64,000 nucleotides of DNA. Source: Octopus vulgaris. Lineage: Eukaryota. Of the stretch, positions 29,046 through 40,298 are shown one piece after another (position 1 is the first letter of the stretch; every line of letters starts with the position of its first letter). Both the position numbers and the translations under genes were made by a program. A model generated the notes under the pieces. It was given only the letters and a program-made list of their open reading frames with translations, searched no databases and had not been told where the DNA came from. The stretch lies in NCBI GenBank assembly GCA_951406725.2, contig OX597824.1, positions 71,982,001 to 72,046,000 on the forward strand, written 5' to 3'.

Positions 29046-29127
29046 CTCTCGACACATGTTTCGAAGACAGCACATTCCTATTCCGAAGGAATAAGAGGTG
29101 CATTATGCAATCTTCTCATCAGGAAAG
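29046..29127 (-). ncRNA. Type I hammerhead ribozyme (left arm)
   Basis: Mirror of 29185-29266 with an intact core. Confidence 0.75.
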
Positions 29128-29184
29128 ATAAGGAGCCTCTCTCAACCTCAAGACGAACAAAAACTTCGATGAGAGGCTCCTTAT

Positions 29185-29266
29185 CTTTCCTGATGAGAAG
29201 ATTGCATAATGCACCCCTCATTCCTTCGGAATAGGAATGTGCTGTCTTCGAAACATGTGTCGAGAG
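29185..29266 (+). ncRNA. Type I hammerhead ribozyme (right arm)
   Basis: CUUUC CUGAUGA GAAGA...UCUUC GAAAC AUGU GUC GAGAG; stems I, II and III all pair; predicted cleavage after C29261. Confidence 0.78.
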
Positions 29267-29639
29267 TAAAGGAATTTTGTTAACATCTTCGTTCGACTCC
29301 ATTCTTTAATTTATTCATATATACATACATATATATATATATATATATGCACTTCGGCGTGAAACTGTTGTATAGGAAAATACGCACACATACAAACACT
29401 TACGGCCGTTGCGTTTGTTTAGGTTTCGGTGGCCAGTGTTAACAACTCTTCATTCATACTCTCGCATACCGATATAATCCACCACAGCTGCATTTACACA
29501 TACCTCAACTTCCATAATACATTGTGTACCATCTGTAACAAAAGCAATCAAACTAGAGACGCGATCATACTGAGATATCCCCAGTGGCGCATGGCTATTT
29601 ATTTTATTTCATTTTATTGATTTATAGCCTTTCACTTTC

Positions 29640-29982
29640 TCACCCTCACACACTTTTAGTTTTTTTTTTTGTTTTCTTGCCCTCCTACTTTTCTTCCTTC
29701 TTCTATTTCATATCTCATTCTCTCTTTCTCTTTCTTCTGAAGCGTATTTTCCTATACGTTCATTTCTTCCTCCTTCTCGTTCTCGTTCTCTTTTCGTCTT
29801 TCTCCCCCTTTTCGTATTTATTCCCTTCCATTACCGTCTTCGACCTCTTCTTCTTCTACTTCCGGCCTGAAGCTTCGTCTCCTCATTCTTCCTTCTCTAA
29901 TGTTTCCTCTTTTTCTCTAAATTTCTTTCTTCCTTCCTTCCTTCCTTCGTTCCTTTCTTTCTTTCTTTCTTTCTTTCTTTTT

Positions 29983-30018
<36 letters not shown>

Positions 30019-30091
30019 ACTTTCTTTCTTCCTTCTTTCCTTTCTTTCTTCCTTCCTTCCTTCCTTCCTTTCTTTTTTTCTTCCTTCCTTC

Positions 30092-30143
<52 letters not shown>

Positions 30144-30430
30144 TTTCCTTCCTTCCTTTCTTACTTCCTTCCTTTCTTTCTTTCTTTCATCTCTTTTTAT
30201 GTTTCTCTTTTCCTCTTCCTCTTCTCCCCATCCCTCCAACATTTCTGTTTTCCTTCTCTTTCGAATCATCTGTGTGTGTGTGTGTCGTCTTTTCTCTTCT
30301 CTTCATTTCTCTAACTTGTCTCTTCTCCACTTTCTTTTTCTCTTTCCATCTCTTTCATTCTTTTCTCTGTCCACCCCCACTTTCTATATCTCTGTTTTTA
30401 TGTTTCTGTTGTTCTTTACAATTTCTTCTT
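29640..30430 (+). repeat. Polypyrimidine/(CTTT)n tract
   Basis: Direct reading. Confidence 0.85.
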
Positions 30431-30439
30431 CCAAAGGGT

Positions 30440-30590
30440 GCCGGGGTGAAGAAGTTCGCTTCGCCATAACATAGTTTCAAATTCAACCCTACAGTGTGTG
30501 ACACCTTGGACAAGTGTTTTCTGCCGTAGTTTCGAATCAACTCAAGATCGATGAGTAAATTTCGATAAATGGAAACAGTGTGGAAGCTCG
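30440..30590 (+). mobile_element. SINE family A head, old
   Basis: gacaccttggacaagtg..atggaaacagtgtggaagctcg. Confidence 0.6.
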
Positions 30591-30693
30591 TAATAGTGAC
30601 TGATAATATTTTTGGTCGATAAACTTAATCTAACACCCCACCTAACCCTTGGGTACTTTTAATGTCGTGGTTCTCCCAATTTTCTAGATGAAG

Positions 30694-31342
30694 ACCGACA
30701 TATTTAAGAAATAATTTTTTGTAACTAAACACTTTCAAACTTCGGATACTGGTAGAATGTGTCATATAAAACATCTTTTACTCTTAGCGTTTTTGAGAAA
30801 AACTTGTATTTACGAAGGTATTTCACATTAAAGTTGTCGTATTTCGGTAATTTCAACCAATCAATGACGTGTATTCAGCTGAATAAAATTACTACCATTG
30901 TTTGTCAACAACAACTATCGGCGGTGTAGTTTTCGTTTGCCGCTGTTATTTATGACATCGTTCGTGCGTTTGTACTGGTTTTAGCTTTAAGGTTTTAGGG
31001 TTAGGGTTAGGGTTTTAGGGTTAGGGTTTTAGGGTTAGGGTTTTAGGATTTGGGTTTTAGGGTTAGGGTTGTCATAAATAACAGTGACAAATGAAATATA
31101 CACCGCCGGAAGTTCTTGTTGACAAACAACAGTAGTAATTTTATTCAGCTGAATACACGTCATTGATTGGTTGAAATTACCGAAATACGACAACTTTAAC
31201 GCGAAATAACTTCGTAAATATAAGCTTTTCTCAAAAACGCTAAGAGTAAAAGATATTTTAAATGACACATTCTACTAGTGTCCGAAGTTTCAAAGTGATT
31301 AGTAACAAAAAAATATTCTTTAAAATCTGTCGGTAAAGATCC
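30694..31342. mobile_element. Foldback MITE with telomeric (TTAGGG/TTTTAGGG)n core, copy 1
   Basis: Inverted arms of ~265 bp; core about 30978-31070; homologous to 46256-46867; inserted in a mariner. Confidence 0.88.
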
Positions 31343-31845
31343 GACTTGTGTGTCCATAAATACAATAAGTTTGGAGTTGATTTGGCAACTGTACACAGAA
31401 TTATACACGAAGATCTGAACAGGCGCAAAATGTGTACGAAGTGTGTTCCCTGGGTGCTCAGTGACATATTCTAGTAATCCAACAACTTGACAGAGATGGA
31501 CATCAAAACTGTCCCTCACCCTCCCGACAGTTCAGACCTTGCTCTCTGTGACTTTTGGTTGTTCCTAAAGCTAATGGAGAGCCTCAGAGGAAGTCATTTT
31601 GAAGACACTGAGAAGATGAAGGAGGCTGTGACAAGTAGTATTAAGTAAGATGTGTTCAAAGTGCGGTAACGCTCTCCCTCCCACGCCCCTCATCATTTCA
31701 AGTTTCTGTAGCGTTTTGCCCAGTTTAACACGAATCTTTATTGCATAGCGAGCTTCCAGTCGACCCGACTGCATTCTACAAACTAGTCAACTGTGACAAA
31801 TAGTGTTTAGTAGGGCGTATTCAAAGTTTTATTATAGCCGTCTCC
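31343..31845. mobile_element. Rearranged mariner remnant (C-terminal part +, N-terminal part -)
   Basis: Plus: TVHRIIHEDLNRRKMCTKCVP and TVPHPPDSSDLALCDFWLF; minus: MQSGRLEARYAIKIRVKLGK. Confidence 0.75.
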
Positions 31846-31913
31846 TTCAATCTAAAATTTAAAAAAAAGTTGGCAGGTCAGCTTATAAGATGTATAGTAA
31901 TAATATATTAAAA

Positions 31914-32304
31914 CTAACAGTATTGCCCGGCGTTGCTCGGGTTTGTTTCGACCCTTTAGAATTGGAATTTTTGAAAAGTAAAAATTTTCCATTATGTAGC
32001 TTGTTATTCTCTTTAAGTGAACATTTTTTCTGGTTGAAATACACCGAAAAATGGCGACACAGCAGTCAAAAAATCGTAAAAAATAGTGATTTTCATAGAA
32101 AAAAAGCACCTTTTTGATGTAAATAATTTTTTGTGTTAACATGGTCCGATTTGAATTTTTTCTTCTACGGAATGAAGAGCAAGCCTTCTTCTATCATACT
32201 CTAAAATTTGGTCAACTTGCGCCGCAGGGTCTCGGAGGAGATAGTGTTAGTTGAAGGCTACGAAACCTGCCACACACAGACAACTTCAGCTTTATATATA
32301 TAGA
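31914..32304 (-). mobile_element. Non-autonomous Helitron, second copy
   Basis: Highly similar to 24970-25363; terminal CTAG mutated to TTAG. Confidence 0.85.
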
Positions 32305-32865
32305 TTACAATAATTTAAGACAGTTTGAAAACTTCTGGAATGACCAGGAAGTAGTTAGAGTGTTCGGCTCAGGAACGTTAGGTCGTGATATCGATCCTTG
32401 GGTTGGGCAGTGCTTTGTGTCCTAGTGTAAGGCACTCCATATCATAATGTTCCAGTCCGCTCAACTAAAAATGAGTACCGGGTGTTTCATCAGGAGCACC
32501 TAGTGGTTAACTCTGCAACATAGGGTGTATTCTTCTCTCAGCCAAAAGCGCCCTGAATATCTGAATTAAGTTTCGGTTTCATGAGCCCGTAAACGACAGG
32601 CAGAACTCCTTTTCCGTTTGCAATATATCGTACCATTTTTCTCTATATTTTTATTCCCTAAGTTTGTTCCATACTCTTCTTTATCTTTCCTTTGTGCTCT
32701 TGCTCTTCCATTCGCTTTTTGTCAGACCTTAAAAAATATCTTCCTTAAAATGGAAACAGAGAAAACTAATGAAGGCCCAATCAAGCAGTTTATCTTTGTT
32801 TCTCTTCCTCTTCCCCGCTCTCTCTCTCTCTCATGTCAGCTTCTTTATTACAATATTTTTTCTGC

Positions 32866-33018
32866 TTTACGTTCTGAGTTCAAATTCCGCCGAGGTCGAC
32901 TTTGCCTTTCATCCTTTCGGGGTCGATAAATTAAGTACCAGTTGCGAACTAGGGTCGATCTAATCGACTGGCACACTTCCCCCAAAATTTCGGGCATTGT
33001 GCATAGAGTAGAAAAGAA
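32866..33018 (+). mobile_element. SINE family B, 5'-truncated
   Basis: Family B core; imperfect aatatttttt..cttt flanking duplication. Confidence 0.85.
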
Positions 33019-33214
33019 TATTTTTCTCGGCTTTCGTACAGATCAGTCAATCTTATCCTTGCTGTCCTCTTCATCTGTTACCGTTCTCTGAATTTAACCA
33101 CCTTTTTATCACCCATCAATCTTCTTTCTCTCTATCTTATTTCTTTCTCATTTCCATCTTTTTTTTCTCCCTCCGTCCCTACCTATATCCTTCTCTTCCT
33201 TATATCATCGTTCG

Positions 33215-33597
33215 TGGAGGCGCAATGGCCCAGTGGTTAGGGCAGCGGACTCGCGGTCATAGGATCGCGGTTTCGATTCCCAGACCGGGCGTTGTGAGTG
33301 TTTATTGAGCGAAAACACATAGAGCTCCACGAGGCTCTGGCAGGGGATGGTGGTGATCCCTGCTGTACTCTTTCACCACAACTTTCTCTCACTCTTACTT
33401 CCTGTTTCTGTTGTACCTGTATTTCAAAGGACCGGCCTTGTCACTCTCTGTGTCACACTGAATATCCCCGAGAACTACGTTAAGGGTACACGTGTCTGTG
33501 GAGTGCTCAGCCACTTACACGTTAATTTCACGAGTAGGCTGTTCCGTTGATTCGGATCAACCGGAATCCTCGTCGTCGTAACCGACGGAGTGCTTCC
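33215..33597 (+). mobile_element. SINE family D (tRNA-derived), full length
   Basis: A box TGGCCCAGTGG, B box GGTTTCGATTCC; atatcatc duplicated at the flanks. Confidence 0.88.
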
Positions 33598-33799
33598 ATA
33601 TCATCTTTTAAACTTTCAGTCTTGATATTCGTCGTCTCTTTCTATCTCACCACATCTCGTTTCCTTATCTCCTTTCTGTTTCGCCTCTCTTCGCCATTTC
33701 TCTCTTTCTACTTCTTTTCTATCCTCATCCCTCCTTCTGTCTTCCTTCACCCGTTCTTTTTTTTTTTGGTTATTTTTTTGTAACTTTTAACCTTGTTAG

Positions 33800-34130
33800 G
33801 GCAGCGAACCGTCAGAATAGTTAGCGTGCCGGACAAAATGCTTAGCGGCATTTCGTCCGTCTTTACCTTCTCAGTTCAAATTCCGCCGCGGTCATCTTTG
33901 CCTTTCATCCTTCCGGGGTCGATAGAGTAAGTACCAGTCGAGCACTGGGATCGATTTAATCAACTTACCCTCTCCCCCGAAACTGCTGACCTTGTGCAAA
34001 ATTTGAAACCAATATTTCTCCTCTTTATTTTTTTTTGTTCCTTTTCGTTCCGGGTTCAGTTCCCATCAAGGTCAACTTTGCCTTTCCGTCTTCCGGGGTC
34101 GTACCGAGGGCGATTTAATCAACTAACCTC
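33800..34130 (+). mobile_element. SINE family B plus a second partial core
   Basis: Homology to family B. Confidence 0.75.
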
Positions 34131-34199
34131 TTCTCTATTTATTGTTGCCTTGTGTCTGTTAAAAACCATAATTTATCCCCATTTCCCCAATCATTTATT

Positions 34200-35560
34200 A
34201 TTATCATTTTTTTTGTTTCGCATAGCCTTTCACCCTTCTTACTGTTCTCTTCTCTTTTCTCTAATCTTCCGTCCATCTTCTCACCATTCTTTATCTTTAC
34301 TCTGTATTTTTTTCCCCTTTCTCTATCCTTCCGTCTCTTGCCTTCCCCACTCACTCCCTTTTAAATCCATCTCCAACCTCCTGTCTCTTTAGTTCACTCC
34401 TTTACTCCATTTTATTTCCCTTTATCTTTCTGTCTCTTTTCTTTCCGTGTTTTTGTTTTTCCTTTTCCTTTTACTTACTTCATTTTCCATTCTGCCAATT
34501 TCTCTTTCTAACCATATATCGCTTCGCCTATTCTCCACCATATTCTCCCACTTTTCTATCTTCACATTTTTCCCCTTAATTTCAGTTTTCCATTTTCTCT
34601 CCGTTTCCTCTTTCTTTCTCTCTAACTGCTTCTCTCTCGTCTTACTCCCACTCTAGCATTTTGTATTTTATCTTTTCTTTCTCTTTCCCTCATCCCTTTT
34701 CTTTTCCCTCTGTATCTTTTATTTCTTTTCTTAACTCCGTACACCATTTTCTTTCCTCCAGTATCCCTCCATCTCTATTTTTCAGCCCCTCACTACTTTT
34801 TTTCTCTCCGCATTCTTTATCTTTTCCCTGTTTCCCGTCCGTCTATATCTTTTTTGCTTTTTCTATTTCAACTAGCTCTCTCTCTTTTCTTTTACGGCCA
34901 CATATCCTTTCGTCTTTTTCCTACCACTCTTTCTTTTTTTCTCTCTCTATCTAATTTTCTCCTTAGTCCTTCTTTTCTTTCTTTTTTTTTTCTGCTCCTC
35001 TTATCTTTAGCCTTCTCTCTCTCTCTTTATCCAACTGCCTCATTTCCGCCCTTCACCTCACTCGGCTTTTTTATATTTTATTTTATCTTCTCTTCTATCT
35101 GTTTTCTATCTTCACCCTCCTCTCCACTTACAGTCAGTCAGACAGATAGGCAATAAGTCCTTCATGTCCGTGGTTTTTTACACGTTAAATTAACACATAA
35201 ACGCCAGCCAGTCAGCCGGTCTACCTCCCCTTCATATGTTACTTACCTAACTACCTATCTCTATATTACTGTCACTCTCAATCTTTTCCTCTCTCTGTTT
35301 ATATCTATTTCTGTCACCTTGTATCTCTTTTCTTCTCTTTATATCACTTTCCGTCATTCCCCACTGTCTCTTTCACTTACACCCTGTCTCTTTCCCTCTC
35401 TGTTCACATCTATTTCTGTCACCCTGTGTTTCTTTCACTCTCTATATCTCTTTCTGTCAATCTGTCACTGTTTCTTTCTCTTTCCCACTCTCTCTATTTT
35501 AACTTTGTCTATTTGTCTTTCTATCTCTACGTTAAAAAAACTCCGCCCCTCACTCTCAGC
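34200..35560 (+). repeat. Polypyrimidine low-complexity tract upstream of the putative gene start
   Basis: Direct reading. Confidence 0.8.
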
Positions 35561-35970
35561 GAGCTTCCTTCTGTCTATCCAACTTCGATTCGAACGCTTT
35601 CTGAAAGAAGAAGTGAAAAAAAATATGTCAATACAACATCATGGAACGGCTGAGAAACAAATAAAAATAAACGGAATTAATAATAGAACGTAACAAAGAA
35701 ACAAAAAAAGAAAAGAGAAAAGAAAGACAGGAAGGAGAGAGCACGTCTAAAACGAAGAAAAAATATTCAACAGAAACCAAAAGCACAAACAAAACTTCTG
35801 TAGTTCAGTTTTGTCGCGAGTTGTATGAACTTGGAGGTGGGACCTCCAGTTAAAAAAAAAACCCTCTCTCATCATCATTCGCACATTCGTATAGAAAAAT
35901 ATATAACCACGCATACCCACACACTTATTATAATATAATATCATAAAATACACATATTAAGGCCCCAAAA

Positions 35971-36090
35971 ATGGCGGATGAACAAAGTGACCCGGGGGAA
36001 GATACACATTGGGATCTTAAGTACAGGTCTGAGGAAGAAATGGAATTTTTTACTGAGATGGCATTACACGAAACACAACGTTGGATAGAG
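35971..36090 (+). CDS. Probable first coding exon of a calponin-homology protein, LIMCH1/LMO7-like (MADEQSDP...ALHETQRWIE)
   Basis: AAAATGGCGG start context, 40 codons of unique sequence, phase-0 donor GAG|GTGAGT at 36091; ETQRWIE recalls EAQKWIE/EAQRWVE at the CH-domain start; no further exon recognised. Confidence 0.7.
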
Positions 36091-37039
36091 GTGAGTGATA
36101 CAGTGAACGCTGTTTTCTTTTTCCACTTATATTTTGTATGTTTTATGCCGGTAGTGGTTGTGTTTGAAATGCTGTTACTTGATATGGATGTACAGAGCAA
36201 TGGGATTAGCTATATACCCTGCGGTTTTTATTCAGTTTGGCAGCTTTTTTACATATGGGTTCAAATGTCGTCTAGGTCGACTTTGCCTTTCATCCTTCCG
36301 GTTTCGATGAAAGAAGCACAAGTGAAGTGTCGGAATTCATTTAATCGATAATGTACCTCCCCGCAAAACGTGTAGTGTACCGCTATGTCAGGAATCATAG
36401 TTGGTTGCGGTCGATTTAATCGACCACATGTATATTTCCTCTTTTCTATAAAGTTTATCCTGTGACGAAAACTTTTATCAAGATGAATCGCCTTTTCTTT
36501 GAATAATGTATAAGCTTTTTTTTTTTTCTTTCATCATAACTAAAATCAAGTGTAAGTAAATACCATGCAGGTTTGGCGTCAGTAACTTAAAGGCCATTCA
36601 AATAAACAATATTAACTTTCGTGAAGTTTAGAGTTAGTAAACAACAAGTGCTACAAAACGAAACCAGTATGTCTATTAAAATAATAAATAAAACTCATTA
36701 AGATCATCGATTAAAACTCACGCGTTCAGATACATTTTAGGGCGTAGATTTGAAGTAGCTGTCCCTCGAAGTCCCATGTTGAAAATATAATCTATTAAAA
36801 ATATTTTTTTTTTAAATTAATACTTTTAATCGCGTGTCAGAGATATTTTGGTTATGTCGAAAAAAACCCCAAAAACTTAAGAGATAGTCAAACGTTAACA
36901 ATTTTGTAAATCTTCTTAAGAGACATAAGCTGATATTAGTTTTGTTTTGAAAAAGTATATTTATTATATAGTCATTAATTAATGTATACTTATCAAACTC
37001 TGTTTTCAAAAAGTTATGGCTTACCTAAAGGGAGTCTCT

Positions 37040-37440
37040 ATATAGTAGGCTAGCCTACTAGAAATAGCAGCCACAACAAGCTCAAATTACGCCCTCCCCT
37101 TCTAAAAAAACAAACAAACAACAAAAGCAGGATAGTGTTGTCCAAAGTACATAATACTTAAAAAATATCGCAGTGATCATGGTTGGAATACCTTTAATCA
37201 TAGATCTATTATTCAGTCATAGCCGACTCGATGCTAAACAACACCACAGATAACCACAACGAGGGAGCGTCGTCGTGTTTGCTTGACCTGCTAGAAATAT
37301 CAGCCAAATTTCACTTAATACTTTAGCATTTCATCTCAGAGAGAAAAAAAAAAGAAGGAAGACACTATGTATGTAGTGATTTACAAAACAACGATAAAGG
37401 CTGTCAGGGTTGACCTGTGGTTAAAACAACACAGACTTAC
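37040..37440 (-). repeat. Old interspersed repeat family E (also about 39140-39330, 41105-41350, 47575-47760, 54405-54600, 59510-59765)
   Basis: Recurrent motifs ttgttgtt..gtcag..tgatcaaag..attcca and gagatttggctgct. Confidence 0.55.
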
Positions 37441-37679
37441 AACAAATTCAGTTATATCAGTATTTCTTTTTAATACGGAACACAAGCAAATGCCCAGAGT
37501 GAAGTACACTAACGAATGACAAAAAAATATTTAGTAAAAAAAGTGAGAGTTACTGAATTGCCAAATCTCTACTGGAATTGTGTCTCCCACACTTTTTTAA
37601 AGAATGTAGGATATGAGTTGGAAGATTTGGCTGCCATTTTTAGCCAGGCGTGCGACCCGTAAATGCTCCCTCGTTGAAT

Positions 37680-37885
37680 ATTCGGTAGAATCGTTACTTA
37701 TTACGGCCGACAAAATGTTTAGCAGCGTTTCGCCCGTCTTTATGTTCTGAGTTCAAATTCCACCGAGGACAACTTTTCCTGTTGGGGTCGATGGAAAAAA
37801 ATACCAGCTGAGCACTGGAGTTGGTGTAATCGACTAGCCCCCCTCTCCTAAAATTTCAGGCGTTGCGCTTATAATAAAAGGAATC
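37680..37885 (+). mobile_element. SINE family B, diverged
   Basis: ttctgagttcaaattccaccgagg..gcactgg. Confidence 0.75.
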
Positions 37886-38443
37886 ATTTGGTTGAGACAT
37901 GTTTAATCATTAGTAAATACATTTACAGATTCTTACATCAAGGAGAAAGACTACACTTGCTTTGTAAAACTTGAAATTGTGATTAAACTATTTTAGTAAC
38001 CACAATGTGTGCTTACATACACACAAACACACACAGAAGCTGGCAGAATTGGTAGAGCGTCGAAAATTCGCTTTGCGGTATTTCTCCCGTCTTTTCATTC
38101 TGTGTTCAAATCCTGCCGCGATCAATTTTCTATATCAGCATTTACTTACGTTATGTTCAGTATGGAAAAGTTTGCAAAAGTTGAAGTGTTACCCATTTTC
38201 TGTTGTTTATTTATTTTTTTCTTCTTTCTTCACTGTTCATTCTTTGTGAATATTCTATAAATCCGAATTTTCCTTCACTCCAGAGTCCGCATTATAATTT
38301 TCTTCCGCCTGTCTTTCTCTCACATACCTACATACCTCTCATCTATTGGAATTGCTTTCACTTGGCTGCCTTCACTTAGAAGTCGTTGACAAAACTGAAT
38401 TTTTTAGTGAAATAGCATGAACATCATAGTCACACATTCCCCT

Positions 38444-38478
<35 letters not shown>

Positions 38479-39550
38479 CATAATATGCGTTCTTTACAGT
38501 TTAATATTCGAAAATTTGTGATTTGCATTTTGTTTACGTTAGTGTATGTTTGTCTGCGTACACTTCAGTTTGCTTTAATGGGTAAAAATAATAATAGTGA
38601 TAATAATAGTTGCTGTCTTGTCATAGTTACTCCTAATCGAGATGTTTGTGGGTTCTTCCGTACGCGTGTTGTTAATTACAAGAAATTCCCGACAGCTGTC
38701 GAAAAACTTTTTCCTACTTTCGTCTTTTTTAAATTAATTACTAACCAATCTGCTTAACTACTTTCATTGGTTACGACCGTTTTTTGTTTTTAAAGTTGGA
38801 TGATAACTTTAATGAAGTAAATTAATCAATTTTAATTAACCAAAAACTTGTTTACCATCATTGTTATTTTCAAATAACAAAGTCGGCTATGACACCTGTT
38901 GCATTGCTTGTCGTGGTGGTAGTGATGATGCAAGAAGATAGATGTAGGCTTGCCGAGTTTGTTCCCTCCGCCAACTCTTTGTGTAGTATCTTGTAATGCT
39001 TCTAATTACTACGTTGCAACACTAGAACAGCCAAACACTTACATGCAGGAGTATATGTATACGATGTATGTAGTGCAATTCTATTTTTGATCGGACCATA
39101 TTACAAGCATGTCATTTCCGGGGTGTCAAACTCTGTTGGGGGTTGTTGTTGTAGCCAGGTCAGCACTGACGGAGCAGGCCTATGATCAAAAGCATTCCAG
39201 TCGCTACCAACCCGTTTTTTTTAAACAAAAGTATGTCTTTGTTGTGATTACCCAGAGTGTCACTTCTCATGACAACTGATTGCAATTTGAAGGAGATTTG
39301 GCTGCTGTTTCCAGCAAAATTAGAATGGCCAGAGATACGTCTTTTGTTGGCTCCTTGTATTATAGTTCTTTATGTTTCCATTAGAAAGCACCATCGGATA
39401 CATATGTGTGTATGTATATATGTATTCATAAATATATAATAGGATATTATTTATAGTAATATCAGTGGTTTACCATGCGTAAAAAAACCTCTGAAGGTAT
39501 AAATTATCAATTAATAATTAAAGGTACTAGCAAGAAGTTTGACTGCTATG

Positions 39551-39953
39551 CAGGGCCGGATTAAAGACCTATTGAGGACCTTAAGCACTTAAAAGATTTT
39601 GGTGCCCCCATAAAAGAGTATGTAATTCAAAATATAAACAATAACAAACCATAAAATAAATTTTTATTTTTCTAAACGAAACAAAACAGTAAGCGGGAAA
39701 ATAATGTTTATTTATATTTGAAAAGTTTCCTACTTTTTTGAATTTCAAAGTCTTTCATCAGATCCTCAAAATTAATATTAGGTAACACATCTGTAGCTAT
39801 ACTTAGTAGAGATAAAGGCATCCTGAATATTATTTTAGTAAGTGAAAAGTGATTTCTTTTGTGCCGTAAGCCATTTACCATTTCTCTGGTGCTCCATCCT
39901 CCACTTGATGTCTTAAGCCCGTGCGTATTTTGCTTGATGGTTAATCAGCGCTG
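39551..39953. mobile_element. hAT non-autonomous element
   Basis: Perfect 8-bp TSD ctgctatg; TIRs cagggccggattaa / ttaatcagcgctg. Confidence 0.85.
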
Positions 39954-39988
39954 CTGCTATGTCCAGCATGTCGGTACTGCTTGCTCAA

Positions 39989-40218
39989 GGCGGCGAGCTG
40001 GCAGAATTGTTAGCACGCCGGGCGAAATGCTTAGCGGTATTTCGTCTGCCGCTACGTTCTGAGTTCAAATTCCGCCGAGGTCGACTTTGCCTTTCATCCT
40101 TTCGGGGTCGATTAAATAAGTACAGTTACGCACTGGGGTCGATGTAATCGACTTAATACCTATGTCTGTCCTTGTTTGTCCCCTCTGTGTTTAGCCCCTT
40201 GTGGGTAATAAAGAAATA
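39989..40218 (+). mobile_element. SINE family B, full length, young
   Basis: TSD ggtactgcttgct at 39973 and 40219. Confidence 0.93.
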
Positions 40219-40237
40219 GGTACTGCTTGCTTGTGCC

Positions 40238-40298
<61 letters not shown>

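Larger units (their letters stand above)
28991..29321. mobile_element. Palindromic HHR-bearing element (arms ~151 bp, spacer ~29 bp)
   Basis: 28991-29141 is the reverse complement of 29171-29321 with about 3 mismatches; ends in TATA/(TA)n. Confidence 0.9.

Noticed and set aside
30978-31070. True telomere or chromosome-fusion scar
   Set aside because: Short, single orientation, and embedded in a repeated foldback element
33222-33290. tRNA gene
   Set aside because: A and B boxes run into a SINE body; no complete cloverleaf; the same applies to other SINE heads
36091-36351. Remainder of the 126-aa ORF at 35971
   Set aside because: Reads through a strong splice donor into intron and SINE-derived sequence
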